DNA of 64,000 nucleotides, from assembly GCF_009914755.1 (NCBI RefSeq), contig NC_060926.1; one strand, written 5' to 3'. This stretch comes from the human T2T-CHM13v2.0 reference genome, Homo sapiens. Each line of letters opens with the position of its first letter. The stretch's first letter is position 1. Made by a program: the position numbers and the translations under genes. The notes beneath the pieces are model-generated. The model was given only the letters and a program-made list of their open reading frames with translations. It ran no database searches and was not told where the DNA came from. Below are positions 1-13,149 of this stretch, in pieces.

Positions 1-57
1 TTTCTGGCTGTCAAATGACTATGCTCTGAGCAAAAATAAAGATGTTATAATTAGTTG

Positions 58-1115
58 TGTTGTGGGAAGTCAGGGACCCCAAACAGAGGGACCGGCTGAA
101 GCCATGGCAGAAGAACATAAATTGTGAAGATTTCATGGACATTTATTAGTTCCCCAAATTAATACTTTTATAATTTCTTATGCCTGTCTTTACTGCAATC
201 TCTGAACATAAATTGTGAAGATTTCATGGACATTTATCACTTCCCCAATCAATACTCTTGTGATTTCCTATGCCTGTCTTTACTTTAATCTCTTAATCCC
301 GTCATCTTTGTAAGTTGAGGATGTATGTCGCCTCAGGACCCTGTGATGATTGCGTTAACTGCACAAATTGTTCGTAAGCATGTGTGTTTAAACAATATGA
401 AATCTGGGCACCTTGAAAAAAGAACAGGATAACAGCGATGTTCAGGGAACAAGGGAGATAACCATTAGGTCTAGCTGCCTGTGGGCCTGGCAGGACAGAG
501 CCATATTTCTCTTATTACCAAAAACAAGTAAGAGAAATATCGCTGAATTCTTTCCCCAGTAAGGAATATTAATAATTAACAGCCCTGGGAAAAGAATGCA
601 TTCCCAGGGTGGGGCCTTTAAAATGGCCACCCTGGGAGTGTCTGCCTTATGTAGATGTAGATAGGGATGAAACATGCCCTAGTCTCCTGCAGCACCTCTA
701 GGCTTGCTAGGATTAGGAAATTCCAGCCTGGCGAATTCTAGTCAGACTGGTTCTCTGCTCTTGAACCCTGACAATGCATGTAAAGCGGGACATGGAAGTT
801 CATTAGTGATTCTAGTTTCGACCTGACCTTCTGCCTTGTGATCTTTTGTCACCCTCGAAGCATGTGATCTCTGTGACCCACACCCTATTCGTACACTCCC
901 TCCCCTTTGAAAATTGCTAATAAAAACTTGCTGGTTTTACTGCTCGGGGGCATCACAGAACCTGCCAGCATGTGATGTCTCCCCCGACACCCAGCTTTAA
1001 AATTTCTCTTTTTTATACTCTTTCCCTTTATTTCTCAGACCGGCCGACACTTAGGGAAATAGAAAAGAACCTATGTGAAATAACATTGAATTATCGGGGG
1101 TGGGGTCCCCCAATA
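58..1115 (+). mobile_element. MER11-family solo LTR (HERV-K11/HML-8; length suggests MER11C)
   Basis: Starts TGTTGTGGGAAGTCAGGGACCCC, carries the internal GAACATAAATTGTGAAGATTTCATGGACATTTAT duplication and ends CCCCCAATA. 5-bp TSD AGTTG at 53-57 and 1116-1120. No internal region follows. Confidence 0.88.
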
Positions 1116-1849
1116 AGTTGGAGTATTTTTTTGACTCCTAATTAAACTTTGTGATTTTTTTAAATAAAGCACTTACTATGTAGCAAAATGCTTTTTCATG
1201 GATGTCTTTTTATATCCTTTATACTTTTTATCTTTTAAAATAATTTATAAGAAGTACCATATTTTTATGTACTTTTGAATAGTATTTAATGTGTATTTAG
1301 TATTTAATATATATTAGATTATAATACAGTGAAAAAATGATAAATGTTTATGTGTACATCTTAATACATTCTATTATTTCAGTTTTATAATTGCTATGTA
1401 TGTAAACTTGCATTTTTATATGTTTATTTGTTTGAATACAGTAAAGAAATAGAAAATAGTAATACTATTTAGATCATGCAATGAGCATGCATTTCTTTAA
1501 AAATTAAAATAAATAGAATTTTAATTATAAGTATTATAACAGCATGTTGATATTAAAAACAAAAACTAAACTTTAGAAAAGAATTCTTAGAGTAAAATAT
1601 GTGATTATTTTACACTGGTTGTGCTCTACATTCCATTAAAACAAACTCTCTACTGTCTTTTCTTTTTGGCAAGTCAGACAAAAATAACTGAGAAAAGCAG
1701 GTATTGTATTCCAGTCACATTCTGAGTGAGGGGAAATTGAATATTGCAGTTAACTGGCTATTGACTTGGTTTAACATTCGCCTATAACTAACTGATAAAA
1801 TATTTCAATTAATTTATTTCAAAAAATCTTCTAAATTTTATAAGTTTTA

Positions 1850-2203
<354 letters not shown>

Positions 2204-2439
2204 TTAGGATAAAATAGTGCAAAAAATTACTAAGTGTGTGTGTATGCAGGTATGTTTCCACATGTATGTGTGATGTGTGTTTATATGAACTGGGCAGTAA
2301 AACAGCTTATATGCTTAATGTATTTTTATTAAGTAGAATACCAACTTAAAATTGTTTTCAAGAGTATTTTAGAATTGAATTAGTGTTTCGTTTTACTTGT
2401 AATTTAAAACTTCAAAATGTGAACTGGTTAAAAAAAATA

Positions 2440-2668
2440 GAATGAGTAAGAATTTAATAGCATATCAGGGTTACTATAGTCAATAATAATTGTACATTTT
2501 AAAATAAGTATGTAATTGAATTGTTTGTAACACAAAGGATAAATTCTTGAGGGGATGGATACCTCATTTTCCATGATATAATTATTTCACATTGCATGCC
2601 TGAATCAGAACATCTTATGTATCTCATAAATATACATACCTACTATATACCTACAAAAATTAAAAAAA
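2440..2668 (+). mobile_element. Old L1 (L1MA-type) 3' end fragment
   Basis: AAAGGATAAATTCTTGAGGGGATGGATACC...ATAAATATACATACCTACTAT...AAAAATTAAAAAAA resembles the L1MA 3' UTR terminus. Confidence 0.7.
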
Positions 2669-3048
2669 GAAATAGCAAATAAATTAAAATGTAAGTACAG
2701 CATCATACAGAGTTAATGTTTTTTGTCAAAGTTTCAGAAGACCGTATAGTTATTATTGTCACAAAAAGTCATTTCAACTTTCAATCAGGTAGTGAAGGAA
2801 TTCTGTTTTCTGACCATTGACTAAGTGTATTTTTAAAAAGTAATTTGTCTTTCTTAATTGATGGTATTTTAATAAAAGTTATGATTACAGAAGCTAACAA
2901 AAATATTAAATAGATAAATACCATATTTAACATATAAGCTGTAAACAAATTTCTATATAAATTGCCAATAACAAAAAGGCAGGTAAAATGGAATTCATTC
3001 TAAAAGTCTTAAAATCTTTACAGATTTTATAGGGTATAAAAAGTAAAG

Positions 3049-4072
3049 ATGGGGAAAAACCAGCGCAAAACAGCTGAGAATTCCAAAAACCAGAATGCCT
3101 CTTCTCCTTCAAAGGATCACAACTCCTTGCCAGCAAGGGAACAAAACTGGACGGAGAATGAGTTTGACGAACTGATAGAAGTAGGCTTCAGAAAGTGGGT
3201 AATAACAAACAACTCTGAACTAAAGAAGCACGTTCTAACCCTATGCAAGGAACCTAAGAACCCTGAAAAAAGGTTAGTCGAATTGCTAACTAGAATAACC
3301 AATGTAGAGAAGAAGATAAATGACCCGATGGAGCTGAAAAACACAGCACGAGAACTTCATTAAGAATACACAAGTATCAATAGCTGAATTAATCAAGCAG
3401 AAGAAAGAATATCAGTGACTGAAGATCAACTGAATGAAATAAAGAGAGAATACAAGATTAGAGAAAAAAGAATAAAAAGGAACAGACAAAGCCTCCAAGA
3501 AGTATGGGACTATGTAAAAGAACAAATCCACCTTTGATTGGTGTACCTGAAAATGACAGGGAGAATGCAACCAAGTTGGAAAACACTCTTCAGGATATTA
3601 TCCAGGGGAACTTCCCCAACCTAGCAAGACAGGCCAACATTCAAATTCAGGAAATATAGAGAACACCGTAAAGATACTCTTCAAGAAAAGCAACCCCAAA
3701 ACACATAATCATCAGATTTACCAAGGTTGAAATGAGGGAAAAAATGTCAAGGGCAGCCAGAGAGAAAGGTCAGGTAACTCACAAAGGGAAGCCCATCAGA
3801 CTAACAGCAGATTTCTCAGCGGAAACCCTAAGGGCCAGAAGAGAGTGGCGGTCAATACTCGACATTCATAAAGAAAGAATTTTCAACCCAGAATTTCATA
3901 TCCAGCCAAACTAAGCTTCATAAGCGAAAGAGAAATAAAATCCTTTACCGACAAGCAAATGCTGAGGGATTTATGTCACCACCAGACCTGCCTTACAAGA
4001 GCTCCTGAAAGAAGCACTAATCATGGAAAGGAACAACCGGTACCAGCCACTGCAAAACATACCAAATTGTAA
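3049..4072 (+). pseudogene. Disrupted L1 ORF1p
   Basis: ORF fragments 3049-3363 and 3732-3914 (KGKPIRLTADFSAETL) match ORF1p, with stops and frameshifts. Confidence 0.9.
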
Positions 4073-4135
4073 AGAACATCGACACTATGAAGAAACTGCA
4101 TTAACTAATTGGCAAAACAATCAGCTAGCATCATA

Positions 4136-7100
4136 ATGACAGGATCAAATTGACACATAACAATATTAGCCTTAAATGTAAATGGGCTAAATGCCACAAT
4201 TAAAATACACAGACTGGCAAATTTGATAAAGAGTCACAACCCATCGGTGTGCTATATTCAGGAGACCCAGCTCTTGTGCAGAGACAAACATAGGCTCAAA
4301 ATAAAGGGATGGAGAAATATTTACCAAGCAAATGGAAAACAACAACAACAACAACAACAAAACAGGAGTTGCAATCCTAATCTCTGATAAAACAGTCTTT
4401 AAACCAACAAGGATCAAAAGAGACAAAGAAGGGCATTACATAATGGTAAAGATAACAATGCAGCAAGAAGAGCTAACTATCCTAAATATATATGCACCCA
4501 ATACAGGAGCAACCAGATTCATAAAGCAAGTTCTTAGAGACCTACAAAGAGACTTAGACTCCCACACAATAATAGTCGGAGACTTTAACACCCCACTGTC
4601 AATATTAGACAGATCAACGAGACAGATAATTAACAAGGATATTCAGGACTTGAACTCAGCTCTGGACCAAGCAGACCTAATAGACTTATACAGAACTCTC
4701 CACCTTAAATCAAGAGAATATGCATTCTTCTCAGGACCTCATCACACTTATTCTAAAATTGACCACATAATTGGAAGTAAAACACCCCTCGGCAACTGCG
4801 AAAGAACGGAAATCATAACAAACAGTCTCTCAGACCACAGTGCAATCAAATTAGAACTCAGGATTAAGAAATTCACTCAAAACCACACAACTACATGGAA
4901 ACTGAACAATCTGCTCCTGAACGACTACTGGGTAAATAATGAAATGAATGCAGAAATAAAGATGCTCTTTGAAACCAATGAGAATGAAGACACAATGTAC
5001 CAGAATCTCTGGGTCACATTTAAAGCAATGTTTATAATGCACTAAACGCCCATAAGCGAAAACAGGAAAGATCTAAAATCAACACCCTAACATCACAATT
5101 AAAAGAACTAGATAAGCAAGAGCAAACAAATTCAAAAGCTAGCAGAAGACATGAAATAACTAAGTTCAGAGCAGAACTGAAGGAGATAGAGACAAGAAAA
5201 ACCCGTCAAAAAATCGATGAATCCAGGAGCTGGTTTTTTAAAAGGATCAACAAAATAGATAGATCGCTAGCCAGAATAATAAAAAAGAAAAGAGAGAAGA
5301 ATCAAATAGATGCAATAAAAAATGATATAGGGGATATCACCGCTGATCCCACAGAAATACAAACTACCATCAGAGAATACTATAAACACCTCTACGCAAA
5401 TAAACTAGAAAATCTAGAAGAAGTGGATAAATTCCTGGACACATACACCCTCCTAAGTCTAAGCCAGGAAGAAGTCAAATCCCTGAATAGACCAGTAACA
5501 AGTTCTGAAATTGAGGCAGTTATTAATAGCCTACCAACCAAAAAAAGTCCACGGCCAGATGGATTCACATCCAAATTCTACCAGAGGTACAAAGAAGAGC
5601 TGGTATCATTCCTTCTGAAACTATTCCAAACAATGGAAAATGAAGGAATCCCCCTAACTCATTTTATGAGGTGAGCATCATCCTGATACCAAAATCTGGC
5701 GGAGACACAACAAAAAAGAAAATTTCAGGCCAATATCTCTGAAGAACATCAATGCGAAAATCCTCAATAAAATACTGGCAAACCGAATTGAGCAGCACAT
5801 CAAAAAGCTTATCCACGAGGATCAAGTCGGCTTCATCCCTGGGATACAAGGGTGTTCAACATATGCAAATCAATAAACGTAATCCATCACATAAACAGAA
5901 CGAATGACAAAAACCATATGATTATCTCAATAGATGCAGAAAAGGCCTTCCATAAAATTCAACACCCCTTCATGCTAAAAACTCTCAATAAATTAGGTAT
6001 TGATGGAACATATCTCAAAATAATAAGAGCTATTTATGCAAACCCACAGCCAATATCATACTGAGTGGGCAAAAACTGGAAGCATTCCCTTTGAAAAGCT
6101 GGAAGCATTCCCTTTGAGAAGGATGCCTTCTCTCACCACTCCTATTCAACACAGTATTGGAAGTTCTGGCCAGGGCAATCAGGCAAGAGAAAGCAATAAA
6201 GCGTATTCAAATACGAAGAGAGGAACTCAAATTGTCTCTGTTTGCAGATGACATGATTTTATATTTAGAAAACCCCATGGTCTCAGCCCAAAACCTCCTT
6301 AAGGTGACAAGCAACTTCAGCAAAGTCTCAGGATACAAAATTAATGTGCAAAAATCACAAGCATTTCTTTACACCAATAACAGACAGAGAGCCAAATCAT
6401 GAGTGAACTCCCATTCACAATTGCTACTAAGAGAATAAAATACCTAGGAATACAACTTAAAAGGGATGTGAAGGACCTCTTCAAGGAGAACTACAAACCA
6501 CTGCTCAAGGAAATAAGAGAGGACACAAACAAATGGAAAAACATTCCATGCTCATGGATAGGAAGAATCAATATCATGAAAATGACGATACTGCTCAAAG
6601 TAACTTATAGATTCAATGCTATCCCAATCAAGCTACCACTGACTTTCTTCACAGAATTAGAAAAACTACTTTAAACTTCATATGGAACCAAAAAAGAGCC
6701 TGCACAGCCAAGACAATCTGGTCTAGAAGAACAAAGCTGGAGGCATCACGCTACCTGACTTTAAACTATACTACAAGGCTACAGAAACTGAAACAGCATG
6801 TCACTGGTACCGAGACAGATATATGGACTAATGGAACAGAACGGAGGCCTCAGAAATAACACCACACAGTGGCTACAACAATCTGATCTTTGACAAACCT
6901 GACACACACAAGCAATAGGGAAAAGATTCCCTATTTAATAAATTGTATTGGGAAAACTGGCTAGACAAATGCAGCAAACTGAAATTGGACCCCTTCCTTA
7001 CACCCTTTACAAAAATCAACTCAAGATGGATCAAACACTTAAATGTAAGACCTAGGACCATAAAAATCCTAGAAGAAAACCTGGGCAATACCATTCAGGA

Positions 7101-7942
7101 CATAGCCATGGGCAAAGACTTCATGACTAAAACACCAAAAGCAATGGCAACAAAAGCCAAAATTGACAAATGGGACCTAATTAAACTAAAGAGCTTCTGC
7201 ACAGCAAAAGAAACTGTCATCAGAGTGAACAGGCAACCTACAGAATGGGAGAAAATTTTTGCAATCTATCCATCTGACAAAGGGCTAATATCCAGAATCT
7301 ACAAAAAAAATTTACAAGAAAAAAAAACTGCATCAAAAAATTGGCAAAGGATATGAACAGACTCTTCTCAAAAACAGACATTTATGCAGCCAACAGACAT
7401 ATGAAAAAATGCTCATCATCCCTGGTCATTAGAGAAATGCAAATCAAAACCACAATGGGGTACCATCTCATGCCAGTTAGAATGAGATGCAGTGAGCAAC
7501 AGATGCAGAGAGGTTGTGAGAAAAGAAGAACACTTTTTCACTGTTGGTGGGAGTGTAAATTAGTTCAACCATTGTGGAAGACAGTGTGGCAATTCCTCAA
7601 GGATCTAGAACTGGAAATACCATTTGACCCAGCAATCCCATTACTGGGCATATACCCAAAGGATTATAAATCATTCTATGATAAAGATACATGCATGCAT
7701 ATGTTTATTGCGGCACTATTTACAATAGCAAAGACTTGGAAGCAACCCAAATGTCCATCAATGATAGACTGGATCAAGAAAATTTGGCACATATACACCA
7801 TGGAATACTATGTAGCCATAAAAAGGATGAGCTCATGTCCTTTGCAGGGACATGAATGAAGCTGGAAACCATCATTCTCAGCAAACTATCACTAGATCAG
7901 AAAACCGAACACCACATATTCTCACTCATAAGTGGGAGTTGA
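4136..7942 (+). pseudogene. Disrupted L1 ORF2p (endonuclease/reverse transcriptase)
   Basis: ATGACAGGATCAAAT start; [25 protein letters not shown] and HCWWEC motifs split across many frames. Confidence 0.92.
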
Positions 7943-8154
7943 ACAATGAGGACACATGGATACAGGGAGGGGACCATCACCCACTGGGACCTGTCAGGGG
8001 GTGGGGAGCTAGGGGAGGGATAACATTAGGGGAAATACCTAATGTAGCTGATGGGTTGATGGGTGCAGCAAACCACCAGGGCACGTGTTTACCTATGTCA
8101 CAAAACTGCACAATCTGCACAAGCAACCCAGAACTTAAAGTATAATAAAAAAAA

Positions 8155-8372
8155 TGAGAGGAGAGACTATTAACAAATAAAAAGAGACTTGAGAGAGTAT
8201 TAAATGTGTGTATCTTGTTAGGATCTTGATTCATACAAATGATGTATAAAAAGATATTTTAGAGAAATTTGAATATATATTGGGTATTATTTGATCTTAA
8301 GAAATTCTTGATTTTAAAAGGTGTGGTAATGGCACAGCAGTTATTTTGGAAAAATAAAGTCCTTGGCAGTTG
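8155..8372 (+). mobile_element. L1MC/L1ME-type 3' UTR fragment, probably carried as a 3' transduction of the preceding L1PA
   Basis: AAAAGAGACTT...GGATCTTGATTCA...GAAATTTGAATAT resembles an old L1M 3' UTR and stops at AATAAA followed by A13. Confidence 0.6.
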
Positions 8373-8955
8373 AAAAAAAAAAAAAGAGTAACCTAATAAA
8401 TCTTTGCAATACCTCTGAAACAGATAGAAGAGAAGAAATAGGTAATTCCAGGACTATGAATTCAGTTTTTTTTATGGTTGTCTATGGATCAATGCATATT
8501 AGGATTCTTGACTGGTGAAATAAGTTAGACCAAAATGGCAGGCTTGCCAGACTACATGAATTAGATTTCTTTCTCTGTTTAAAAATTGTAACTGATAACT
8601 GACCTTACTATTGATGAGATTAAATGCATGCCCAGACCAGCTAATCTTTATTGGCTGCAGTCTGATTTTCTACATTTGTTTGCCCATTCAGATGTTATCC
8701 AAATTTTATCTGCATAAATAAAAATGTATAAAATGAAGAATGGAGTGTAAGAGACTAATTTTTCTCAGTACTCAACTTTTCAACCTTCTCGACGGCATGT
8801 AGAATCCCCAGAGGAGCATATGTTAATATATCAATGCAAGGTCTGCACCAGACCAAACAAAATCACAATCATTGAGGATAGAGCCAGGGTATCAGATTCT
8901 TTGGTTACTAGTAATGGAGTTCCAAAACTCCAACTTTAGTTGACTTAAGAATAAA

Positions 8956-9050
8956 AAAAGACAGAGCAGAAAAGGGAGAGGAAAAAAGTTAGGGTAAGGG
9001 AGTGAGAGAAGGAAAGGAAGGAGAGAATGAGGGAGAGAGAAAGAGAGAGG
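8956..9050. repeat. GA-rich low-complexity tract
   Basis: Nearly pure purine run. Confidence 0.8.
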
Positions 9051-9497
9051 TTAATAATCTATTGAGCAGTCCAGGGCCAATATTGGCTTCAGGCATGATC
9101 AAATCTATATTTAAATATGTTATCAGAAATCTGTCATTCTGCACATCTTGGCTCTGCTTTCTTTTGTGAAGGGTGCATTCAGAGAAGTTCTCCTCAACTG
9201 GAAGAAATCAGGTGCTCCTGACATACATTCCTTCATTCTCTGAAAAATGAGATGATCACAATAGTGCCAAATACATAGACTTGTTTTGATCTTTGCATAT
9301 CTAATAAATGTAAAGAACTCATAATGTTTTGTATATAGTAGACTCAAAAAAGTGAACCATTATTAGTTAGTTAAGCCTTCTGTAAGTCAACTATTGCCAC
9401 AAAAAAAAAGTTGTATAATAAAGAAACTTACATACAGTTTCTTTAAAATAATCCATGGAAGAAACCAGTCATGGGTACCTTGCTTGTACATTGTCGC

Positions 9498-9544
9498 CTA
9501 CTACTACTACTACTACCAACAATAATAATAATGATGATGATAAT
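9498..9544. repeat. Compound trinucleotide microsatellite (CTA)n-(TAA)n-(TGA)n
   Basis: Directly visible. Confidence 0.9.
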
Positions 9545-9728
9545 GTTTGTGGTATTTCCCATTTGAAAACAGTATCAAAATGCCTCCCCAAACTGAAGGA
9601 ATAGATTAAGAAAAACCTATGTCTATGTTAATATACTGTGATTCTCTTTAAAGGCAGTAGGTAAGTGGCTGGATCTAGCAGCAGGAGATGAATGAAGACC
9701 TCCTTTGAGAAGGGAAGGCATTTTGATA

Positions 9729-10348
9729 CAGTTGATCCTCATTTGCCATGGTCATGACACAGTCACTCTGAACACTGAATTAATGAATACAAACCATTGT
9801 TCCTATGGAAAATACAAGGTTATGTTCCTATAAGCCTCTGGTCACAATATTTTTGTCAATCAGTTAATTCACAACCTTGTTTTATGTGTGTTTCTGTTTA
9901 AAGACACCTTACTTAATATATGTTATTGATTCACTACCCTTGAACTCATGGCTAACAGCACTCTAACTTATGCCCAAACAAAGCTTATCTAACACACATA
10001 TTTTCTCCATAATGCACATCACAGACTTCTTGTGCTTAAAATAGTAGACAACAATTTAGCACTATGCTTCAAGGACATTTTACAGCAAACCTGCTAACAA
10101 ACAAAACAAAAATGTGAAAAACTTAGCAGTAAGTAGACTGTGGAAAGAACTTTGTATGAGGGCTGGAAGAAGGCAGAGCATCTCCTGGTGGATCTCAGCT
10201 GGGAATATGTACGTCAGATGACTGAAATTTTTTGCTGCTCTGCACATGTTCATTAAGTGCCACGAGTATTCATTTGGGGATTACAAATAAATTTTAACAA
10301 GTAGGCAAATTCGCAATTAGAAAATCTGCAAATAATGAGGATTGACTT
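9729..10348 (-). mobile_element. MER82 (TcMar-Tigger non-autonomous DNA transposon)
   Basis: TIRs CAGTTGATCCTCATT / AATGAGGATTGACTT with TA on both sides. The body is the diverged reverse complement of the copy at 23.2 kb. Confidence 0.8.
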
Positions 10349-10489
10349 TATGTAGTTAACTTATATAGTACATAAATTATGTTGTATTTGGTGCATTATT
10401 TTTGTATAAAATTGGTTCAATTATTCTCAAGCAATCATTCCAGTATATCTTGAAGACACACACTAACCCCTCCATTTATGGATACTAAA

Positions 10490-10680
10490 AAATAAGGAAA
10501 GAAACAAGGAAGGGAGAGAGAGAGAGGGAGAAAGAGAAGGAGAGAGGAAGGCAAGAAGGGATGAAGGAAGGGAGGGAGGAAAAAAGGGAAGAAAGCAAAC
10601 GAAAGAAAAATCAGATGGATAGGACATAGTAAGGAAGAAAATGGGAAAAGGAAAAGGAAGGAAGTACGTCAAGATAAGGT
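10490..10680. repeat. GA-rich low-complexity polypurine tract
   Basis: GGAA/GAGA-type purine run. Confidence 0.85.
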
Positions 10681-11563
10681 CGGTACAAATGATAACAAAA
10701 ATCATCATGCTAATGTCTGGGATGGGCAGACCTAAAAGCAGCCCCATTCATAGAATGACATTAATTATTTTCCTAGAGAAAAACAATCACCCTATTCCTT
10801 TTCCTGGGTAATAGGAGAAGAACACAGGAATAAGATATTTAAAGAAAATGTGGTTGGAAAAAATTGGCTTTTGCTCTGTTTAGCTGGGGAAATGACTAAA
10901 CTGCCACAAACCTGTTTTCTTATCTTGAAAGAATAAGGGACTTTCAGCTGGATCCCTCAACAAAACAAGTTACAGGTACTATCGAGAATGAGAAATGTCA
11001 TACACAGTTGTACGACCTGCCTATGAAAAGGCTCCTATATGACTGCTAGCTTTTCTTATCAGTAGACAAAAAGTGAACTTTATTCTTTATAATCAATAAT
11101 CAATGATCAACCTAATGTATTTTTAAGGCAGTTTTAAGATTGATTGAGAAGGAATTTTTCCTTGATCTGATTTTAAATGTGCTTCCGTTGAAATCATCCT
11201 AGAGCTAGAAAATGAAATATCCTAAACTGAGTTTTGGAGCAGTGAGTGAGTTGGAAAATCAGCACCTGTGTAGAAAACCCAAATGAAAAGACAATTAAGA
11301 TAGCTGAGTCATAATGACTGAAACAAATTAAATGTGTATGTGTGTGCACATGTGTGTCTGTGTGCATGGGTTTGGTATGGTAGATGGAAGTCTTGAGCAT
11401 TAAGTACAAAATATGAAGGGAAATAAAGGCCTTTACTTCCTGGGGCTGTTATGAAAAAACAAAGAAGATTAACAGTGTAATCAACATCTAATTTTTTATA
11501 ATATATTTTATTAAGGTACAATTTCTAGATGGAGCTTATGCAGACTGACCACAGTAAATTGAG

Positions 11564-11680
11564 ACACAGCAAATTGCTGCTGTCTTGGCAAACTTTAACT
11601 CCAGAAACTCTTAGAATTTATTTTCTTAAGTACTTTCTGCAAATAAATTAAAGATATTTCAGTTTCCAAGGTTACAACTT
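11564..11680 (+). repeat. Local dispersed duplication, copy 1 (copy 2 at 12541-12658)
   Basis: ACACAGCAAATTGCTGCTGT...TACAACTT is shared, roughly 85-88% identical by eye. Confidence 0.9.
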
Positions 11681-12463
11681 TCCATATTTTAAAGTCCTTT
11701 ATTAAGCAAGATGGCATTTTCCCCATCTGCCCTGTTTTCTGTATCTTTTTAAGATCATCACTCACCACATGTATTTGTTTGGCAGAACGACGTCAGGCAA
11801 TACCCCATTCTCAACCATGTCTGAAGAACTGCATTAAACAGACCAAAATACAACCAGAAAGTGAGCATATATAATATGCATCTCTTTCTTCATTAAAAAA
11901 GAACTTGCAACTCTGGGTCAAGTGTTTTGGGCTAGGATCAACCTTTGTTTTAAGATACTCCTATAATAAAACCCAAATAATGAGAAGCTAAGCTTATTTT
12001 CCTGAAGTCTCCATTACTTATTGATTAAAGTCACATCTCTACTGTCCAGAGAATTTCTGTGATAAATAAAGCCATTTATCAGGAAGTGAAACATCAGGTA
12101 ACAATCCCACTGGGGGAGGTAATGTTGCAATTTAGGCATTTTCCAACTTAACCACTTTTCAAAATAGCTAAAAACTAAAAGTTTAACTAATTCACTGAAA
12201 ATGTAAACCCTTTTCAACAGTTATAATAAGAAATATCACTTTTGGAAATCTAACTGTGTCAGACCTATAAGTAAATACTAGTTAGATGTCTTAAAAGGAC
12301 TCAACAGGCAATTGTTAAAATCATGGCAACATAGGATTAAGATTTAATTTGAAGTGAACGCTAGAAGAAAATATGGTTCCAAGAGAGAAACAATAAAAAG
12401 TAAACTAAGGTAGAGGAAAAGTATGGTATCTAAATTAGGAGAATATTCATAAGTGTGTAACAC

Positions 12464-12540
12464 TGTATTAGTCAAAGCTCTCTGAGAATCAATAGGATAT
12501 GTGTCTATAACACACACTATATATATATACACACACACAC
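12464..12540 (-). mobile_element. MLT2-type LTR terminal fragment with TA/CA microsatellite
   Basis: TGTATTAGTCAAAGCTCTCTGAGAATCAATAGGATAT followed by (TA)n(CA)n is the typical MLT2 end. Confidence 0.6.
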
Positions 12541-12689
12541 ACACAGCAAATTGCTGCTGTATTGGCAAACTTTAACTCAATATCTTATTAGAATTTGTTT
12601 TCTTAAGTACATTCTGCAAATAATTGTGAAGATATTTCAGTTTATAAGGCTACAACTTGGAAATTGAAGTTGTATACATAAATGAGGAA

Positions 12690-13149
12690 AATAGGGGAAA
12701 GGTCCTTATAAAACCATCAGATCTCATGAGAACTCACTCACTATCACAAGAATAGCAGGAGAGTAACCAAACTTATGATTAAGTTACATCCCACCAGATC
12801 CCTTCCACGACATGTGGAGATTATGGGAACTACAATTCAAGATGAGATTTGGGTGGAGACACTGACAAACCATATCATTCTGCCACTGGCTCCTTCCAAA
12901 TTCCATGTCCTCACATTTCAAAACACAATCATGCCCTTCCAACAGTTCCCCAAAGTCTTAACTCATTACAGCATTAACTCAAAAGTCCAAGTCCAAAGTC
13001 TCATCTGAGGCAAGGAAAGTCCCTTCTGCCTATGAGCCTGTAAAATCAAAAGCAAGTTAGCTACTTCTTAGCTACAATGGGGGTACTGGAATTTGGTAAA
13101 TACACCCATTTCAAATGGGAGAAATTGGCCAAAACAAAGGGGCTACATG
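12690..13149 (-). mobile_element. THE1 (THE1D-like) MaLR: partial 3' LTR (to 12877) plus about 270 bp of internal sequence
   Basis: CCTTATAAAACCATCAGATCTCATGAGAACTCAC...CAAACCATATCA, then TTCTGCC (PPT side) and THE1-int GTCCAAAGTCTCATCTGAG. Confidence 0.85.

Larger units (their letters stand above)
3045..8154 (+). mobile_element. L1PA7/8-type LINE-1 lacking the 5' UTR, with ORF1, ORF2, 3' UTR and a short poly(A); inactive
   Basis: ORF1 start MGKNQRK at 3049, EN/RT/C-terminal ORF2 fragments in the ORF track, and a 3' UTR ending CCCAGAACTTAAAGTATAATAAAAAAAA. Confidence 0.95.

Noticed and set aside
113-290. Direct repeat of about 90 bp near the window start
   Set aside because: It is a normal internal feature of MER11 LTRs.
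10463-10747. Hydrophobic 94-aa ORF resembling a membrane protein
   Set aside because: Artefact of the TC-rich strand of a polypurine tract.
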